A DNA stretch of 64,000 bases from the NCBI GenBank assembly GCA_021151765.1, contig JAGKWR010000002.1:49918-113917 (forward strand). Reading direction: 5' to 3'. Shown one piece after another: positions 52,657-63,363 of this stretch. Numbering within the stretch: the first letter of the stretch is position 1; each line of letters begins with the position of its first letter. A program made the translations under genes and the position numbers. This stretch comes from Alphaproteobacteria bacterium. Its GTDB lineage: Bacteria; Pseudomonadota; Alphaproteobacteria; Rickettsiales; UBA1997. The notes beneath the pieces were generated by a model. That model worked only from the letters and a program-made list of their open reading frames with translations, had not been told where the DNA came from and ran no database searches.

Positions 52657-54069
52657 TTACTTAATTTCAGAAATGATTTCACCGCATAAGTGATTTCGCT
52701 CAAATCCGGTAATTTTCACTAATTCTATTTCGCCATTTTTGTATTCTAAAATATCAGAAGTAATTTTTACATCCAAAAAATTCTCGGTTTTGCCTTTTCC
52801 ATCTTTTTCAACAATCACGTTGAAACTTTTACCAACCTGCTTTGACAAAAATTTTTGCAACTCAGCTGCGCCAGTTTCGCGCAAAATTTTAGCCCGTTCT
52901 TTGGTAATTAAGCCGTTCACTTGCGGCATTTTCGCGGCCGGAGTTCCTTCACGTTTCGAATAAGGAAAAATATGGGTAAAAATTATTCCAGCTTCTTCAA
53001 TTAATTTGCGTGAATTTTCGAACATTTCATCAGTTTCAGTTGGAAAACCAGCAATAATGTCAGCACCGAAAGTCATATCTGGTCTAATTTCACGAGCTTT
53101 GCTGCAAAAATCTAGGACTTGCTGACGCGTGTGACGACGCTTCATTCTTTTTAAAATTATGTCGTCTCCCGATTGCACACTTAAGTGCAAATACGGCATA
53201 AAACGTGGTTCGGTGCGCAAAATATCGAAAAATTCTTCGTCAATTTCGGCAACATCAATTGAAGATAAACGCAATCTTGGCAGCTCTGGAACCAGCTTCA
53301 GCAAACGTTTTATCATTTGCGACAAAGTAATTTTCACCGGTAAATCTTCGCCGTAACCAGAAATATCAACTCCTGTAAAAACCACTTCTTTATGACCCGC
53401 CGCAACCATTTTTTTGACTTGCGCAACAATTTCACCAAAAGCCACTGAACGAGAATTACCACGACCAAAAGGAATCACACAAAATGTACAACGATGATTG
53501 CAGCCATTTTGAATTTCTAAAAAAGCACGTGTTTGATTTTCAAAGTAAGAAACCAGTTGTGGCGCGGTTTCACGCACTGACATGATGTCATTCACTTTGA
53601 TTTTTTCACTTTCAAAGTCAGTTAGAGAAATTTGCGATTTCTTTTTTTCTTCAACAAAAATGCGATCTTGGTGAGAGTTTAAAGAATTTATGGATGAAGA
53701 GTTCGGAGTTAAAAGTGAGGAGTGTGATTCGTCACTGCTATTTTTGTAACTTTCAGGATTAGATTTTTCGGAGTTCCCTAAGACTAAATCTACTTCCGCC
53801 ATTTTAGCATATTTTTGCGGATCGATTTGGGCGGCGCATCCTGTCACAACTATTTTAGCTTCTGGATTATTTTTGCGAGCTTTGCGCAAGGCGGCGCGCA
53901 GGTCTTTTTCCGCTTCAGAAGTTACGGCGCAAGAGTTGAAAACGATCAGGTTTTTTTGTTCAGTTTGAGCAATCGCTTTTTTGATTCCTTCCGATTCGAA
54001 CGCATTTAGGCGACAACCAAAAGTAACAACCTGATTGGTGTTTGAGTTATGATTTTCTTCTGCGGTCAT
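52657..54069 (-). CDS. Radical-SAM methylthiotransferase, MtaB-like (MTTase N-domain, radical SAM, TRAM)
   Basis: The 'VTFGCRLNAFESEGI' MTTase N-terminus, the 'NGCNHRCTFCVIP' CxxxCxxC radical SAM motif and a C-terminal TRAM-like region are present. A roughly 60-aa low-complexity insertion follows the N-domain. Confidence 0.78.
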   Translation of the reverse strand: MTAEENHNSNTNQVVTFGCRLNAFESEGIKKAIAQTEQKNLIVFNSCAVTSEAEKDLRAALRKARKNNPEAKIVVTGCAAQIDPQKYAKMAEVDLVLGNSEKSNPESYKNSSDESHSSLLTPNSSSINSLNSHQDRIFVEEKKKSQISLTDFESEKIKVNDIMSVRETAPQLVSYFENQTRAFLEIQNGCNHRCTFCVIPFGRGNSRSVAFGEIVAQVKKMVAAGHKEVVFTGVDISGYGEDLPVKITLSQMIKRLLKLVPELPRLRLSSIDVAEIDEEFFDILRTEPRFMPYLHLSVQSGDDIILKRMKRRHTRQQVLDFCSKAREIRPDMTFGADIIAGFPTETDEMFENSRKLIEEAGIIFTHIFPYSKREGTPAAKMPQVNGLITKERAKILRETGAAELQKFLSKQVGKSFNVIVEKDGKGKTENFLDVKITSDILEYKNGEIELVKITGFERNHLCGEIISEIK

Positions 54070-54664
54070 TGATCATGATTACGTGGCTAACAACTTTTTC
54101 CACGCCTCTAACGTTAGTAATTATATCGGTAACTCTTTTTAATTCAGCTTGATCTTGGGCAACGCCAATCAAGTAAACTGTGCCGTTAACTGTGGTAACT
54201 TTGTAATTGAAAGTAGCGATATTTTTAGCAAAGACCAATTTAGTTTCGATTTTTGACGTGATGAAATAGTCATAAGTTGCGGAAGTATAATCACGAAAAT
54301 GCACTGAATCACCATCACGAATTTGAATCTCATCAATAACTTCTTTTACACCAAAGGCTTTCCAAGCAAGCTCGGAAGCAAGTTTGGCTTTTTGGACATC
54401 ACGCGCAATTCCCGTTAAAAGAACGCGACCTTCGTTAACCGTAACATCGATTGAATTGCCAAAGTTTTTCAAACCGTTTTGCAAAAAATCAGCGTGTAAA
54501 GTTGTGTAGATTTGAACGTCGTAACGCGTGTTGTTTAAACTTTTTTCACGAGTTGCAACTACTGCAGTTGTTACAGAACCAACAACGACTGTTTCAACAC
54601 AAGAAGTGAGGATAGTTAATGCCAAAATTGCTGATAAAATTTGACGATTCCCAAAAAAACTCAT
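54047..54664 (-). CDS. Lipoprotein with two BON domains (OsmY-like); start taken at MSFFGN
   Basis: It has a lipobox (LTSC) and two BON-like segments ('IDVTVNEGRVLLTGIARD', 'KVTTVNGTVYLIGVAQDQAELKRV'). It overlaps the mtaB-like 3' end by 23 nt. Confidence 0.65.
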   Translation of the reverse strand: MSFFGNRQILSAILALTILTSCVETVVVGSVTTAVVATREKSLNNTRYDVQIYTTLHADFLQNGLKNFGNSIDVTVNEGRVLLTGIARDVQKAKLASELAWKAFGVKEVIDEIQIRDGDSVHFRDYTSATYDYFITSKIETKLVFAKNIATFNYKVTTVNGTVYLIGVAQDQAELKRVTDIITNVRGVEKVVSHVIMINDRRRKS

Positions 54665-54842
54665 ATTTTTAGTATGTTTTGAATGCTTGATAATAAAGGC
54701 GGGAAGACATATGGAAATATTTTTTACGTTAGTTTTTCGATTTGAACATTGCAAATTATTTTTCGATTCATAATTTGCGCGACCTCACTTTCGAAATCAC
54801 TTCAAAAATTTTTCAAAAATTCGCAAAATTTATTTTTTATTT

Positions 54843-54917
54843 GCGGGCGTAGCTCAGTGGTAGAGTGTCACCTTGCCAAGGTGAATGTCGAGGGTTCGAA
54901 TCCCTTCGCCCGCTCCA
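54843..54917 (+). tRNA. tRNA-Gly (anticodon GCC), CCA encoded
   Basis: It reads gcgggcg-ta-gctcagtggtagagt-gtcac-cttGCCaag-gtgaa-tgtc-gagggttcgaatccctt-cgcccgc-tcca. A cloverleaf is evident, with the T-loop GGTTCGAAT. Confidence 0.9.
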
Positions 54918-54956
54918 AAAAACCAGACCTAATCGAAGGTCTGGTTTTTTTTTGCA
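54918..54956 (+). terminator. Rho-independent terminator after tRNA-Gly
   Basis: The sequence is aaaaaaccagacc-taatcgaa-ggtctggttttttttt. Confidence 0.65.
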
Positions 54957-55180
54957 CTAAATGTTTCCAGTTTTAAAAGAACCACAAATTAAAAATCTTC
55001 CCTACAAAACTGTTTTATTGAAATATTTCTCACCAAATAATCGTAAGTAGAATATTCTGACTGTTTAGAAAATACTCTGTATTCCAAAAAAATGGTCTGC
55101 ACAAAAAATCGTAGCCTAAATGAAAACAACATTTTAGTTTCAGAGCTGGTTCAAAATTCTTCGCTAAAGACCTGTCATTA

Positions 55181-58100
55181 ATGAATTTCAAAATCCCTAA
55201 ATTGCACAAGAACAAAATTCTTCAAGCGAGTATATCGTTGCTTGTGTTTGCTGGGATATTTCTGATATTTAATACTATTTCTCCTCCTAAAGATCTGCAA
55301 AGTGCGGTTTCTTCCTGCGTTTCTTATACTGGCGCTAATTCCGGAGTTAATTGCGCCTACCCTCCTTGTGCTTTATTAACTTCAGGTGCTAATCCTGGGG
55401 TAAATTGTTTACCTAATTGTGCAAATTTAACTGCTGCAACTTCCATAACTGGTAACTCAACTCCAGTTGGCGGTGTAAATTGTTATTATCTTGATAAACC
55501 TCTGTGTACTGCAACATCAAGATCCGTTTCGGTTATGGATATAAACATTCCTAATATCATGACCCCCCCTACAGCACCGGATCCTAGAACTAATTGTGCA
55601 GACTTAATTGATCTACCTCTTTGTGAACAAGTTACTCTTTCAACCGCGAATCCAACAGCCAATTGTGTAAAAGAATGTGGTGCAAACGATAATGTTGATA
55701 CAGCAACGTCCGGACATAATGTAACGTGTGTAAGATTTTGTGATAACATGCCAAATATAAATGGCACTAGTACCAAAATGACAGCTGTTCCTAGAACTTC
55801 TTCTTCCGTTGGTAATTGCGTTCCACGCCAATGTCATCAATTAGCAATCGGTACAAAACCAAACGGATCTAATTGCTCTTTGAATAGTTGTAATAAATTG
55901 TCTCCGGATGAAATGAATCAGAGCAGAATACAAAATGAAGATGATACTAATTTTGCCCAATATTGCGATGGCAGCACCGTTAAATGTTATGAGTTTTCAG
56001 CAAAACAACTTCCCTTTACTAGATATCGACTAAACAACACAATGTGTCAGATTCATAAATGTAAACCAGCAACCACTTCTTGCGGCAGAATTGACAGTTG
56101 TACTGGATTTACTTTGTACAGTGCAACTACTGATGATACTTTGAATATCTCATGTAACACCACTTCTGCTTTAGATAACGGATCAACTCAGCAATATAGC
56201 AGTCTCTATTCAAAATATATTAATGTTGGTCTTCCAATCTCTGACACTTCTTTTTGTCAAGCAGTTGTATGTAAACCAACTTACTATCTTCCTTACCCTT
56301 GTTCGGCTGATGCTAGTGGAAATCTAACAGTTAGAGATACAAATTGTGATGCTTCAGGTGATGGTTCAATATGCGGTACTGTCCAATGTAGTAAGAATGA
56401 TGAATGTAAAAAAGATCTAGGATTTTGTTACAAAACAATAGACTGCAATTTATCTAGCAACTCTACCAACTCTGTTTGTATTGCAGCAAATGGTTCTGAC
56501 GTTAGTAATGATGGCAATTTTGAAGATGATACAGATTCATCATTTCATAGACCAGTTCCACTTAATAAAGCTTATAAAAATAACGATCCATCACAGGGAT
56601 ATAGAATTTCTGGAACCTGCTACACAATAAATCAAATGAAATCACAATCTGATGATAGTAGCGATGATCATAAATGGGGAGTAGATCCAGTAATTCCAAT
56701 GTCTTGGCTCTTTGGTGCAAAAGATATAAGATTAGGCTATACTCATTCACAACTATCACCTGATCGTACAAGATCTCCTAAAGCTTGTGAACCGTCAAAG
56801 GTTGGTTCAAGAGGAACTGGTTATTCTTATCTGTGTGGCAATAAATCAAGTCTGTATAAACCAATAAGCGAGAAAAGCGCTTTTTACAAAGGATACGTAT
56901 CTACAGAATTTTTGGATAATGGTAATACTATTGCCAAACTAAATGTTTGTTTACGATTCAAAAATACTTTAAGACCTGATGATAATACAATTGATGACTC
57001 AGAAACATGTGGCTCGAGAGAATGCGCCATAAGCTATTTTTCAAGTAATCCAATTTCTCAAGCTTGCGGTTTTGATTATTGTCGCACTCTAACAGTAAAT
57101 TCAGTCAATCCGAAAGAATGTGCAATGAGTGGAGACTTATTTGATGTTACTCAAGCTAGCAACTCTAATAATGATAACAAAGCTTGTAGCGAAATAGTAG
57201 ACAGTAACCTCAGACTACGAGCTGTACAATATGGTAACAGAATATGCGCCTTTGTTGATTCATCGACTCAGTTTGCTTATAATAAAATGTTTTTTGATGA
57301 AAATGTTAAACTTGATGATGGAGTCACTTGCGTTAGCGGAACTTATAACCAAAAAACCAAAAAATGTGAAAATGGCAAAGATACTAATGATAAACCGGAA
57401 GAAGCAACACACTGGCGTACTATATTAAAAGTGAAATATACCGGTTCAAACACTGATCTGAATGGTTTTTATGATCGTAACGGCAAATTTATCAAAGCCC
57501 AAGAATGTGTTCAAGTGCCTCTCAGCGATTCACCACCAAACTTATACAATTTAGCTTCTTTACAAAATTCATCAAGAATGTTCACACCACCTTTATTCAT
57601 AAGAGCAATAAATTCAAAACGTGAAGGAGTACAAGTTTCATCAGATGCTTCCGGCACAACAGATTTCTTAGAACCTGAAGTAGTAGTTCAGTTCGGCACT
57701 TCCAATAAAACTCTTAGTATTGGCACTGGTTTAAGTGGCTATGAATCAACTCTTGATTCAAAAAGTTATGCTATGGACTCTACGGCTATAAAAACTGTAA
57801 TGAATGGAATCACTTACTCAGCTAATATTCTAATTAAAAAAGAATTTAATTCTGCAATCAATCAACCAACAGTTTGTTTATATCAAAGATTTAATTCAGA
57901 TAACGGATATTATGATATTAAAATTGGTTGTGCTAATAGATCGCTTCCAGAAATAGATAACGCCAACACTACTTCTCAAAGCTCTATTGGTGTTCGTAAA
58001 ATTAGTATAACTGCGGATACTAATGGAGTTAATACTCTAGATAAAACTACTCAAAAATACGGAGATGCTACCCTGATATTTAAATATTGTGGCGATGCGA

Positions 58101-61063
58101 GCTGTTCAAATTCGAAATCTATTAATTTCAAAAATATTGATCCATCACAACCAACTTGTTTAGGAACCCAAGAAAGTGATATGGAAAAATACAAAGTTTG
58201 TGTGCAACGCGATGAGTGTTCTCAATTGTGGAAAGAATGCATGGAGAACGAAATATCAATCCAAAATAATGGTGAAACCGAGTCAACTGCTGCAGAAAGA
58301 TTAAGATGTCAAAAGCTGGCTGTTAATTGTAACAACAAAAAAGGAATTACTTCACAAAGCAGTAACTTCGTTGATCAAGTTAACTCAACAATAGCAGATA
58401 CTGATGCTTATGGTTGGTTTAATGAGATGTGTATAGTTTCTGGCTTTTCTGATAAATTGTCACAAAAGCTGATTTACCGTAAAATAACTTCAGCAAGCAA
58501 TGTAAAAGGTAAATGCCTTGCTGTTCCGAAAAGCTCACTATCTTCAGTAAATAGCGCAAATTTACAAACTCTTGCCAATTCTTGCCCAAGAGGTGGTGAT
58601 GGAGTTAATTGTATATGTATTGATGCGACTACTGCAATAAGTGGCTATACAATAGATAATCCAACTCCTCATGAAGCTGGTCTTTGTATTTCAATTCCAA
58701 CGCCAAAAGTTTGTAGTTCTGTAAATTATGGCGGAGATAGTTATAACTCATCTTCTCTCGGAGGTTCAGCATATACTAGCTCCGGAGGAACCGTTAACAC
58801 ACAGCATGCGAATAGATCAACTTCTAACGTTGGAGCATCAGTTGGCGGAGGCTTTGGTGAATTCCCAACTTCAGTTGTTGGTATGAATAATATAAAAGGA
58901 ACTTGTAACGGCTTCTGGCAATCACAATCAACTAGTAGTGGTGTTATAAGTCCGAAAATGAATTGCTTAGACAATACTGCAAGTAGCACAAATGGTAAGT
59001 GGAGCGGTCTAATTACTAATTCAGAATCAGCAGCCTGCGTTCGTTTTTCTTCGCCTGCGATAACTACCGGAAATAATACAAATGATTCTGATGCCTCTGG
59101 CAATTATCCAAGTCAAACTTACACAAAATCAACCGAAACAAACGATGTAGCAAGCAATACCTTCGGAGCCGTTACACTTGGAACTAAAGGAGAATCAAAT
59201 GGCTACGCAATTTGGCCATCATTCACTAAAACTAACGATTTTCTACAAACTTACACCGCTACTTCTTGTATAGCAGGATATCGCACAAATTCACTCCCGA
59301 CAAGAGGAGTTGATCAACTTGGCAATCCAAAAAGCGTTAATAGTAGTTGCACCAGAATTACCTGTCCTGCAATTAATCCTTCAACTAATCCTATCGACTG
59401 GACGGCTTGGGCTGCATCAAAAGGCGCTTCATTTGGAGTTGAAGTTGATGCAATGGGTCGCCCACTTACTACAACCTACACAACTCCAGCCTCACGCAGC
59501 ATTTCTTCAGTTACACCAGGATCAACCAGAAAAGGTTATTGTAACACATCTCTTGGTTTCTTCCAAGCAGTTGGCAATTCACAACCAGAAAGAGATTGTT
59601 TATATGATGGAACTTGGGGACCAGTCAGAAATCCATGCGTGAGTTCTTGTAATGCAGTAACAAATCCTGGATCAAGCGATGGTTTTGCAACATGGCCAGC
59701 TTCAAATAATCTCACTGCTGGTCAAAGTGCTGTCGTATCTGGAACCTGCCAATCAGGTTATTCTCCTTACCCTTATCCAAGATTTAAAGATGATACTGGT
59801 ACAGCAATTACCCCAATCCCAAGCGCAACATCTGGCTCACCTGAAACAAGTCCGAAAAGAACTTGTCAATATTCTCAAGTTGTTGGTGGTGGAAGCGCTA
59901 ATACCTGGACCAATGTTTCTTCAACATGTGTAAATCAATGTCCTGGATATGATATAGATACTAGAGAAGGAGTTGGTAAAACTTCTCATAATACTGCACA
60001 ATTTGGATCAATTGAAATCAGATGGCCTTCAACCTCTACTGGAGCGACAATAACAAGAACTTTTGGTTATAACTCAGCTGGAACCGAAGTCGGATTCAAT
60101 AACCTAACTTCGCAAACTGCTTCTGATTATTCACAAGCTGGAAGAACTAACGGTTATTTCATTGTTTCCAGAACCTGCAATTCAAACTATACTTGGAGTG
60201 CTCCAGTTGTTCAATGCGCTACTAATGGCGGAACTGTTAATAACTCAATTATAGGTTCTAGCGGCAATAACACTACAGTGAATGCCGGCTCATCTGTTCA
60301 AGTAAATTCTTGCACAAGTAACTTCGGCACTCCTTCTATGCCTTCTTACCAATGCAAATCCTACAATGGTAGTACAGACTCTTATGGCTATCAAAACATC
60401 GATCAATATTACTACAGCCTAGTTTCAGGATCAGCTTGTGCAGCAATCACATGCAACTTAACAAATAACACATCTTATGGAGCAAGTGGTGGTTCCGTTT
60501 ATACAGGAACTACAAGAAATATTAACGTTGGAGAAGTAGTATCACTATCTTGTAAAAGTGGTTTTGGTAAAAATATTCCATCCCCTGCAATCACGAATGG
60601 TAACGATAGTAGTTGCGGCAGAACAGCTAACGATAGAACTTCTCAAAGTCCTACAGCAACTTGTACAAATAATAACGGCGTGGGAACAATCGTTGTAAAC
60701 AATGACTGCTCCGCATGTAGAAGTTGCAGTGCTAGCCAATATTCTTATATCAACTCATCTAATGTTAACTACACAGGACTTAACTGTTATGTTGGCTGCA
60801 GTGGCAATACTGACCAATGCTTTGTAATTAATCACTACAACAGATACGCAACAGTTCCAGCATCTGGATCAGTAAACGCATATGACTATTCTTGCGGTAA
60901 CGCTGGAGACAATGTTACAACTGTAACTTTTGATAACTGTGCTGCAAACACAACTTGCTCTAAAATCACGAATGGCGGCAAATGTGGTAGCAACACGGTG
61001 AGATACACGTGCGTCGACGGAGACTATCAGCTCGATTACTCAACTTGTGGATGGAGTTACTAA
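55181..61063 (+). CDS. Giant (1960 aa) secreted/surface Cys-, Ser-, Thr-, Asn-rich protein with N-terminal 'NCxxxC' mini-repeats and C-terminal sushi/CCP-like modules
   Basis: The N-terminal signal/anchor is 'ILQASISLLVFAGIFLIF'. There are more than 100 Cys residues. Repeated 'G(V)NC....C' units occur in roughly the first 240 aa. Residues about 1330-1800 carry CCP-like patterns 'CPAINPSTNP...GYCNTSLGFF....CLYDGTWGPVRNPC', 'CQSGYSPYPYP...RTCQYS..W....STC' and 'LSCKSGFGKNIPSPAITNG..C'. Confidence 0.7.
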   Translation: MNFKIPKLHKNKILQASISLLVFAGIFLIFNTISPPKDLQSAVSSCVSYTGANSGVNCAYPPCALLTSGANPGVNCLPNCANLTAATSITGNSTPVGGVNCYYLDKPLCTATSRSVSVMDINIPNIMTPPTAPDPRTNCADLIDLPLCEQVTLSTANPTANCVKECGANDNVDTATSGHNVTCVRFCDNMPNINGTSTKMTAVPRTSSSVGNCVPRQCHQLAIGTKPNGSNCSLNSCNKLSPDEMNQSRIQNEDDTNFAQYCDGSTVKCYEFSAKQLPFTRYRLNNTMCQIHKCKPATTSCGRIDSCTGFTLYSATTDDTLNISCNTTSALDNGSTQQYSSLYSKYINVGLPISDTSFCQAVVCKPTYYLPYPCSADASGNLTVRDTNCDASGDGSICGTVQCSKNDECKKDLGFCYKTIDCNLSSNSTNSVCIAANGSDVSNDGNFEDDTDSSFHRPVPLNKAYKNNDPSQGYRISGTCYTINQMKSQSDDSSDDHKWGVDPVIPMSWLFGAKDIRLGYTHSQLSPDRTRSPKACEPSKVGSRGTGYSYLCGNKSSLYKPISEKSAFYKGYVSTEFLDNGNTIAKLNVCLRFKNTLRPDDNTIDDSETCGSRECAISYFSSNPISQACGFDYCRTLTVNSVNPKECAMSGDLFDVTQASNSNNDNKACSEIVDSNLRLRAVQYGNRICAFVDSSTQFAYNKMFFDENVKLDDGVTCVSGTYNQKTKKCENGKDTNDKPEEATHWRTILKVKYTGSNTDLNGFYDRNGKFIKAQECVQVPLSDSPPNLYNLASLQNSSRMFTPPLFIRAINSKREGVQVSSDASGTTDFLEPEVVVQFGTSNKTLSIGTGLSGYESTLDSKSYAMDSTAIKTVMNGITYSANILIKKEFNSAINQPTVCLYQRFNSDNGYYDIKIGCANRSLPEIDNANTTSQSSIGVRKISITADTNGVNTLDKTTQKYGDATLIFKYCGDASCSNSKSINFKNIDPSQPTCLGTQESDMEKYKVCVQRDECSQLWKECMENEISIQNNGETESTAAERLRCQKLAVNCNNKKGITSQSSNFVDQVNSTIADTDAYGWFNEMCIVSGFSDKLSQKLIYRKITSASNVKGKCLAVPKSSLSSVNSANLQTLANSCPRGGDGVNCICIDATTAISGYTIDNPTPHEAGLCISIPTPKVCSSVNYGGDSYNSSSLGGSAYTSSGGTVNTQHANRSTSNVGASVGGGFGEFPTSVVGMNNIKGTCNGFWQSQSTSSGVISPKMNCLDNTASSTNGKWSGLITNSESAACVRFSSPAITTGNNTNDSDASGNYPSQTYTKSTETNDVASNTFGAVTLGTKGESNGYAIWPSFTKTNDFLQTYTATSCIAGYRTNSLPTRGVDQLGNPKSVNSSCTRITCPAINPSTNPIDWTAWAASKGASFGVEVDAMGRPLTTTYTTPASRSISSVTPGSTRKGYCNTSLGFFQAVGNSQPERDCLYDGTWGPVRNPCVSSCNAVTNPGSSDGFATWPASNNLTAGQSAVVSGTCQSGYSPYPYPRFKDDTGTAITPIPSATSGSPETSPKRTCQYSQVVGGGSANTWTNVSSTCVNQCPGYDIDTREGVGKTSHNTAQFGSIEIRWPSTSTGATITRTFGYNSAGTEVGFNNLTSQTASDYSQAGRTNGYFIVSRTCNSNYTWSAPVVQCATNGGTVNNSIIGSSGNNTTVNAGSSVQVNSCTSNFGTPSMPSYQCKSYNGSTDSYGYQNIDQYYYSLVSGSACAAITCNLTNNTSYGASGGSVYTGTTRNINVGEVVSLSCKSGFGKNIPSPAITNGNDSSCGRTANDRTSQSPTATCTNNNGVGTIVVNNDCSACRSCSASQYSYINSSNVNYTGLNCYVGCSGNTDQCFVINHYNRYATVPASGSVNAYDYSCGNAGDNVTTVTFDNCAANTTCSKITNGGKCGSNTVRYTCVDGDYQLDYSTCGWSY

Positions 61064-61079
61064 AATATCTGAAAAATAT

Positions 61080-62126
61080 TTAGTAAGAACTAAACAAACC
61101 TTTGATGTTTTTGGAATTACCTACTGAATCAAGCGACAGCATAACTAAAATTCTGGCTTTCTGCGGGGTTAAATTATCCGCAGTTAAAAAACCAAATTGA
61201 TCGTCATTAATCTCAACATTTGGCGCTACATTGCCGCTTAAAAGATGCGAAGAGCGTACAACTAAAATTCCTTTTTTTACCGCCTTTGCCAAAGCTTTCA
61301 CTGTTTCTTGATTAATATTTCCATCACCAACTCCCGCCAAAATTATAGCTTTTGTGTTAGCCGCAACCAAGTCATCAATTTGTTTAGGATCAAAGCCAGC
61401 GTAGGCGTAAACGATATCAACTTGCGGTAATTTCTTAATTTTTGCGACATCAAATTCTGAATCTTTAGTGTGCAAACGTAACGGCGCATAATAAAAATTT
61501 ACCTTACCATAATGAACATTGCCGATCGCTCCAGCATTTGGCGCAGCAAAGGCCATAACGTTTGTTGTATGAGTTTTTGTAACATCGCGAGCTGCTAAAA
61601 TTTGTTCATTCATTACTACTAAAACGCCTTTATTTTTAGCATTATCGTCAGCCGCAACTGCAACAGCATTGTACAAATTCAACGGACCATCCGCACTGAT
61701 TGAAGTTGCGGGACGCATTGCACCCACTAAAATTACTGGCTTATCGCTTTTCACTGTAAGGTTTAGAAAATAAGCCGTTTCTTCCATCGTGTCAGTTCCA
61801 TGAGTAATCACCACTGCATCAACTTCTTTTTGCGCCAAAGTTTCATTCACTTTTTTGGCGATCACTAACCAGTCATTTTGATTAATATCTTGGCTGCCTT
61901 TTTGCATAATTTGCTGCGCCGAAATATTGGCCAACTTTTCAATTCCCGCCGAACTTTTGACAATTTGATCAATATTAATTTTCGACGAAGAATATTGCGA
62001 CTTATTTGCCGATTCTCCAGCACCAGAAATAGTTCCACCCGTTGCTAAAATAACGATATTTTTGGCCATAGAATCAAAAGAGAAAATTGATAACGAAAAT
62101 AATAAACAAAACTGCGATAACTTCAT
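61080..62126 (-). CDS. ansB: L-asparaginase type II (periplasmic)
   Basis: A signal peptide is followed by the 'ILATGGTISG' catalytic Thr motif and 'VITHGTDTMEETAYFL'. Confidence 0.88.
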   Translation of the reverse strand: MKLSQFCLLFSLSIFSFDSMAKNIVILATGGTISGAGESANKSQYSSSKINIDQIVKSSAGIEKLANISAQQIMQKGSQDINQNDWLVIAKKVNETLAQKEVDAVVITHGTDTMEETAYFLNLTVKSDKPVILVGAMRPATSISADGPLNLYNAVAVAADDNAKNKGVLVVMNEQILAARDVTKTHTTNVMAFAAPNAGAIGNVHYGKVNFYYAPLRLHTKDSEFDVAKIKKLPQVDIVYAYAGFDPKQIDDLVAANTKAIILAGVGDGNINQETVKALAKAVKKGILVVRSSHLLSGNVAPNVEINDDQFGFLTADNLTPQKARILVMLSLDSVGNSKNIKGLFSSY

Positions 62127-62668
62127 GAATTGCCTCTACTAGTTGAATTAATTGTAAATTTACTCACATCCCAACCAGCACCTTTAACTAAGTGTGGATT
62201 TTGTTGGTTACTGCGTTTTTCTACACGAGTACCGTTTGTCATAACTGGTTGCATAACATCAATTACACTCTGCAATAACCCAATCGAATTTAAATCAACA
62301 TTGTCAGAAGCTGAAGAAATCTGATCTTCTTGCATGGCAAGATAGAGCAAATCAAACTTTGAAACTTGCAAATCGAAACTTTCAACTATGTGCGAAATTT
62401 TTTGTTCATTCAAAATACCGTATTTAGCTGCTATTGCCAAAAAAAGCTTTTGATCTTCTTTATTCGCAAGATTTGAAGAGAGCTCGATGAATAAATCATA
62501 TCGCAATTCTGAGTTTGAAATTTCTTTAATCTCTTGGCACAAATCAGAAACGGAACGAAAATCACCAAAATTAATTCTGCCAGATAGACCTGACTGTTTT
62601 ATGTTTTGATATTTCTCTTGCTCAAGTCTTCCGTTTTCACTTTGATGATTTGTTGTACGGAACATCAC
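62123..62668 (-). CDS. Hypothetical protein (181 aa)
   Basis: It is an ORF only, with 4-nt overlaps to queH upstream and ansB downstream, which suggests co-transcription. Confidence 0.4.
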   Translation of the reverse strand: MMFRTTNHQSENGRLEQEKYQNIKQSGLSGRINFGDFRSVSDLCQEIKEISNSELRYDLFIELSSNLANKEDQKLFLAIAAKYGILNEQKISHIVESFDLQVSKFDLLYLAMQEDQISSASDNVDLNSIGLLQSVIDVMQPVMTNGTRVEKRSNQQNPHLVKGAGWDVSKFTINSTSRGNS

Positions 62669-63348
62669 TTCACCTCTTTTGCAGTAGTTAAATTTTTATC
62701 GACACCAGTTTCGCAGTAAAATTCTTCACCGATTTTGATTTCTTCGCGGCCATTTTTAACGCGCCATTCGTTTGAATCACGCAAGCTGAAAATACAGCCG
62801 CAATATTCTTGTTTGTAAAATTCTTCGCGCTTAGCAATTTCATACATGCGCGCGGCACCCCCTTCTTTGCGCCAATTGTAAGTCCAATAATCAACTCCTT
62901 CGTAATGACTTGCGGCGCGAATACCGCAATCATTGATTTGATCCATATTTTTCCAGCGTGAAATCCCTAGCGAAGAAGTGATTGTCGTAAAACCATTTTC
63001 ATAAGCATGCAGCGCGGTGCGTTCAAAACGCATGTCGAAACAAGCTGTGCAGCGAATTCCGCGTTCTGGTTCCCATTCCATTCCTTTGGCGCGCTTGAAC
63101 CAATTTTGCACGTCGTAATCAGCATCAACGAAAGGAATTCCCAACTTTTCGGCAAAACGAATATTTTCTTCTTTGCGAATCAAATATTCTTTGCGCGGAT
63201 GAATATTGGGATTGTAGAAAAAGATCGTAACATCAATTCCCGAAACCTTCATGCGTTCCATCAAATCACCAGCGCAAGGCGCACAGCAACTATGCATTAA
63301 AACACGATTATCTTTGGCATTTTCGGGCAATTTTAACTCGTAAGACAT
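62665..63348 (-). CDS. queH: Epoxyqueuosine reductase QueH (DUF208)
   Basis: The '[11 protein letters not shown]' motif and conserved Cys pattern ('CTACFDMRF', 'EYCGCIFS') of QueH are present. Confidence 0.85.
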   Translation of the reverse strand: MSYELKLPENAKDNRVLMHSCCAPCAGDLMERMKVSGIDVTIFFYNPNIHPRKEYLIRKEENIRFAEKLGIPFVDADYDVQNWFKRAKGMEWEPERGIRCTACFDMRFERTALHAYENGFTTITSSLGISRWKNMDQINDCGIRAASHYEGVDYWTYNWRKEGGAARMYEIAKREEFYKQEYCGCIFSLRDSNEWRVKNGREEIKIGEEFYCETGVDKNLTTAKEVK

Positions 63349-63363
63349 TTAGGATTTTTGCTT

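Noticed and set aside
52657-54069. The low-complexity S/N-rich insertion in the MtaB-like protein ('SNPESYKNSSDESHSSLLTPNSSSINSLNSHQDRI...') as a sign of pseudogenisation
   Set aside because: The reading frame stays intact through the insertion, and the radical-SAM CxxxCxxC and TRAM regions follow in frame. It is more likely a lineage-specific linker expansion than a disrupted gene.
54918-55180. An integrase or attachment-site repeat next to tRNA-Gly that would define a genomic island
   Set aside because: No integrase or recombinase ORF lies between the tRNA and the giant gene, or immediately after it. I could not find a direct repeat of the tRNA 3' end downstream of 61063 by eye. The island idea is kept only as a hypothesis under the giant-protein finding.
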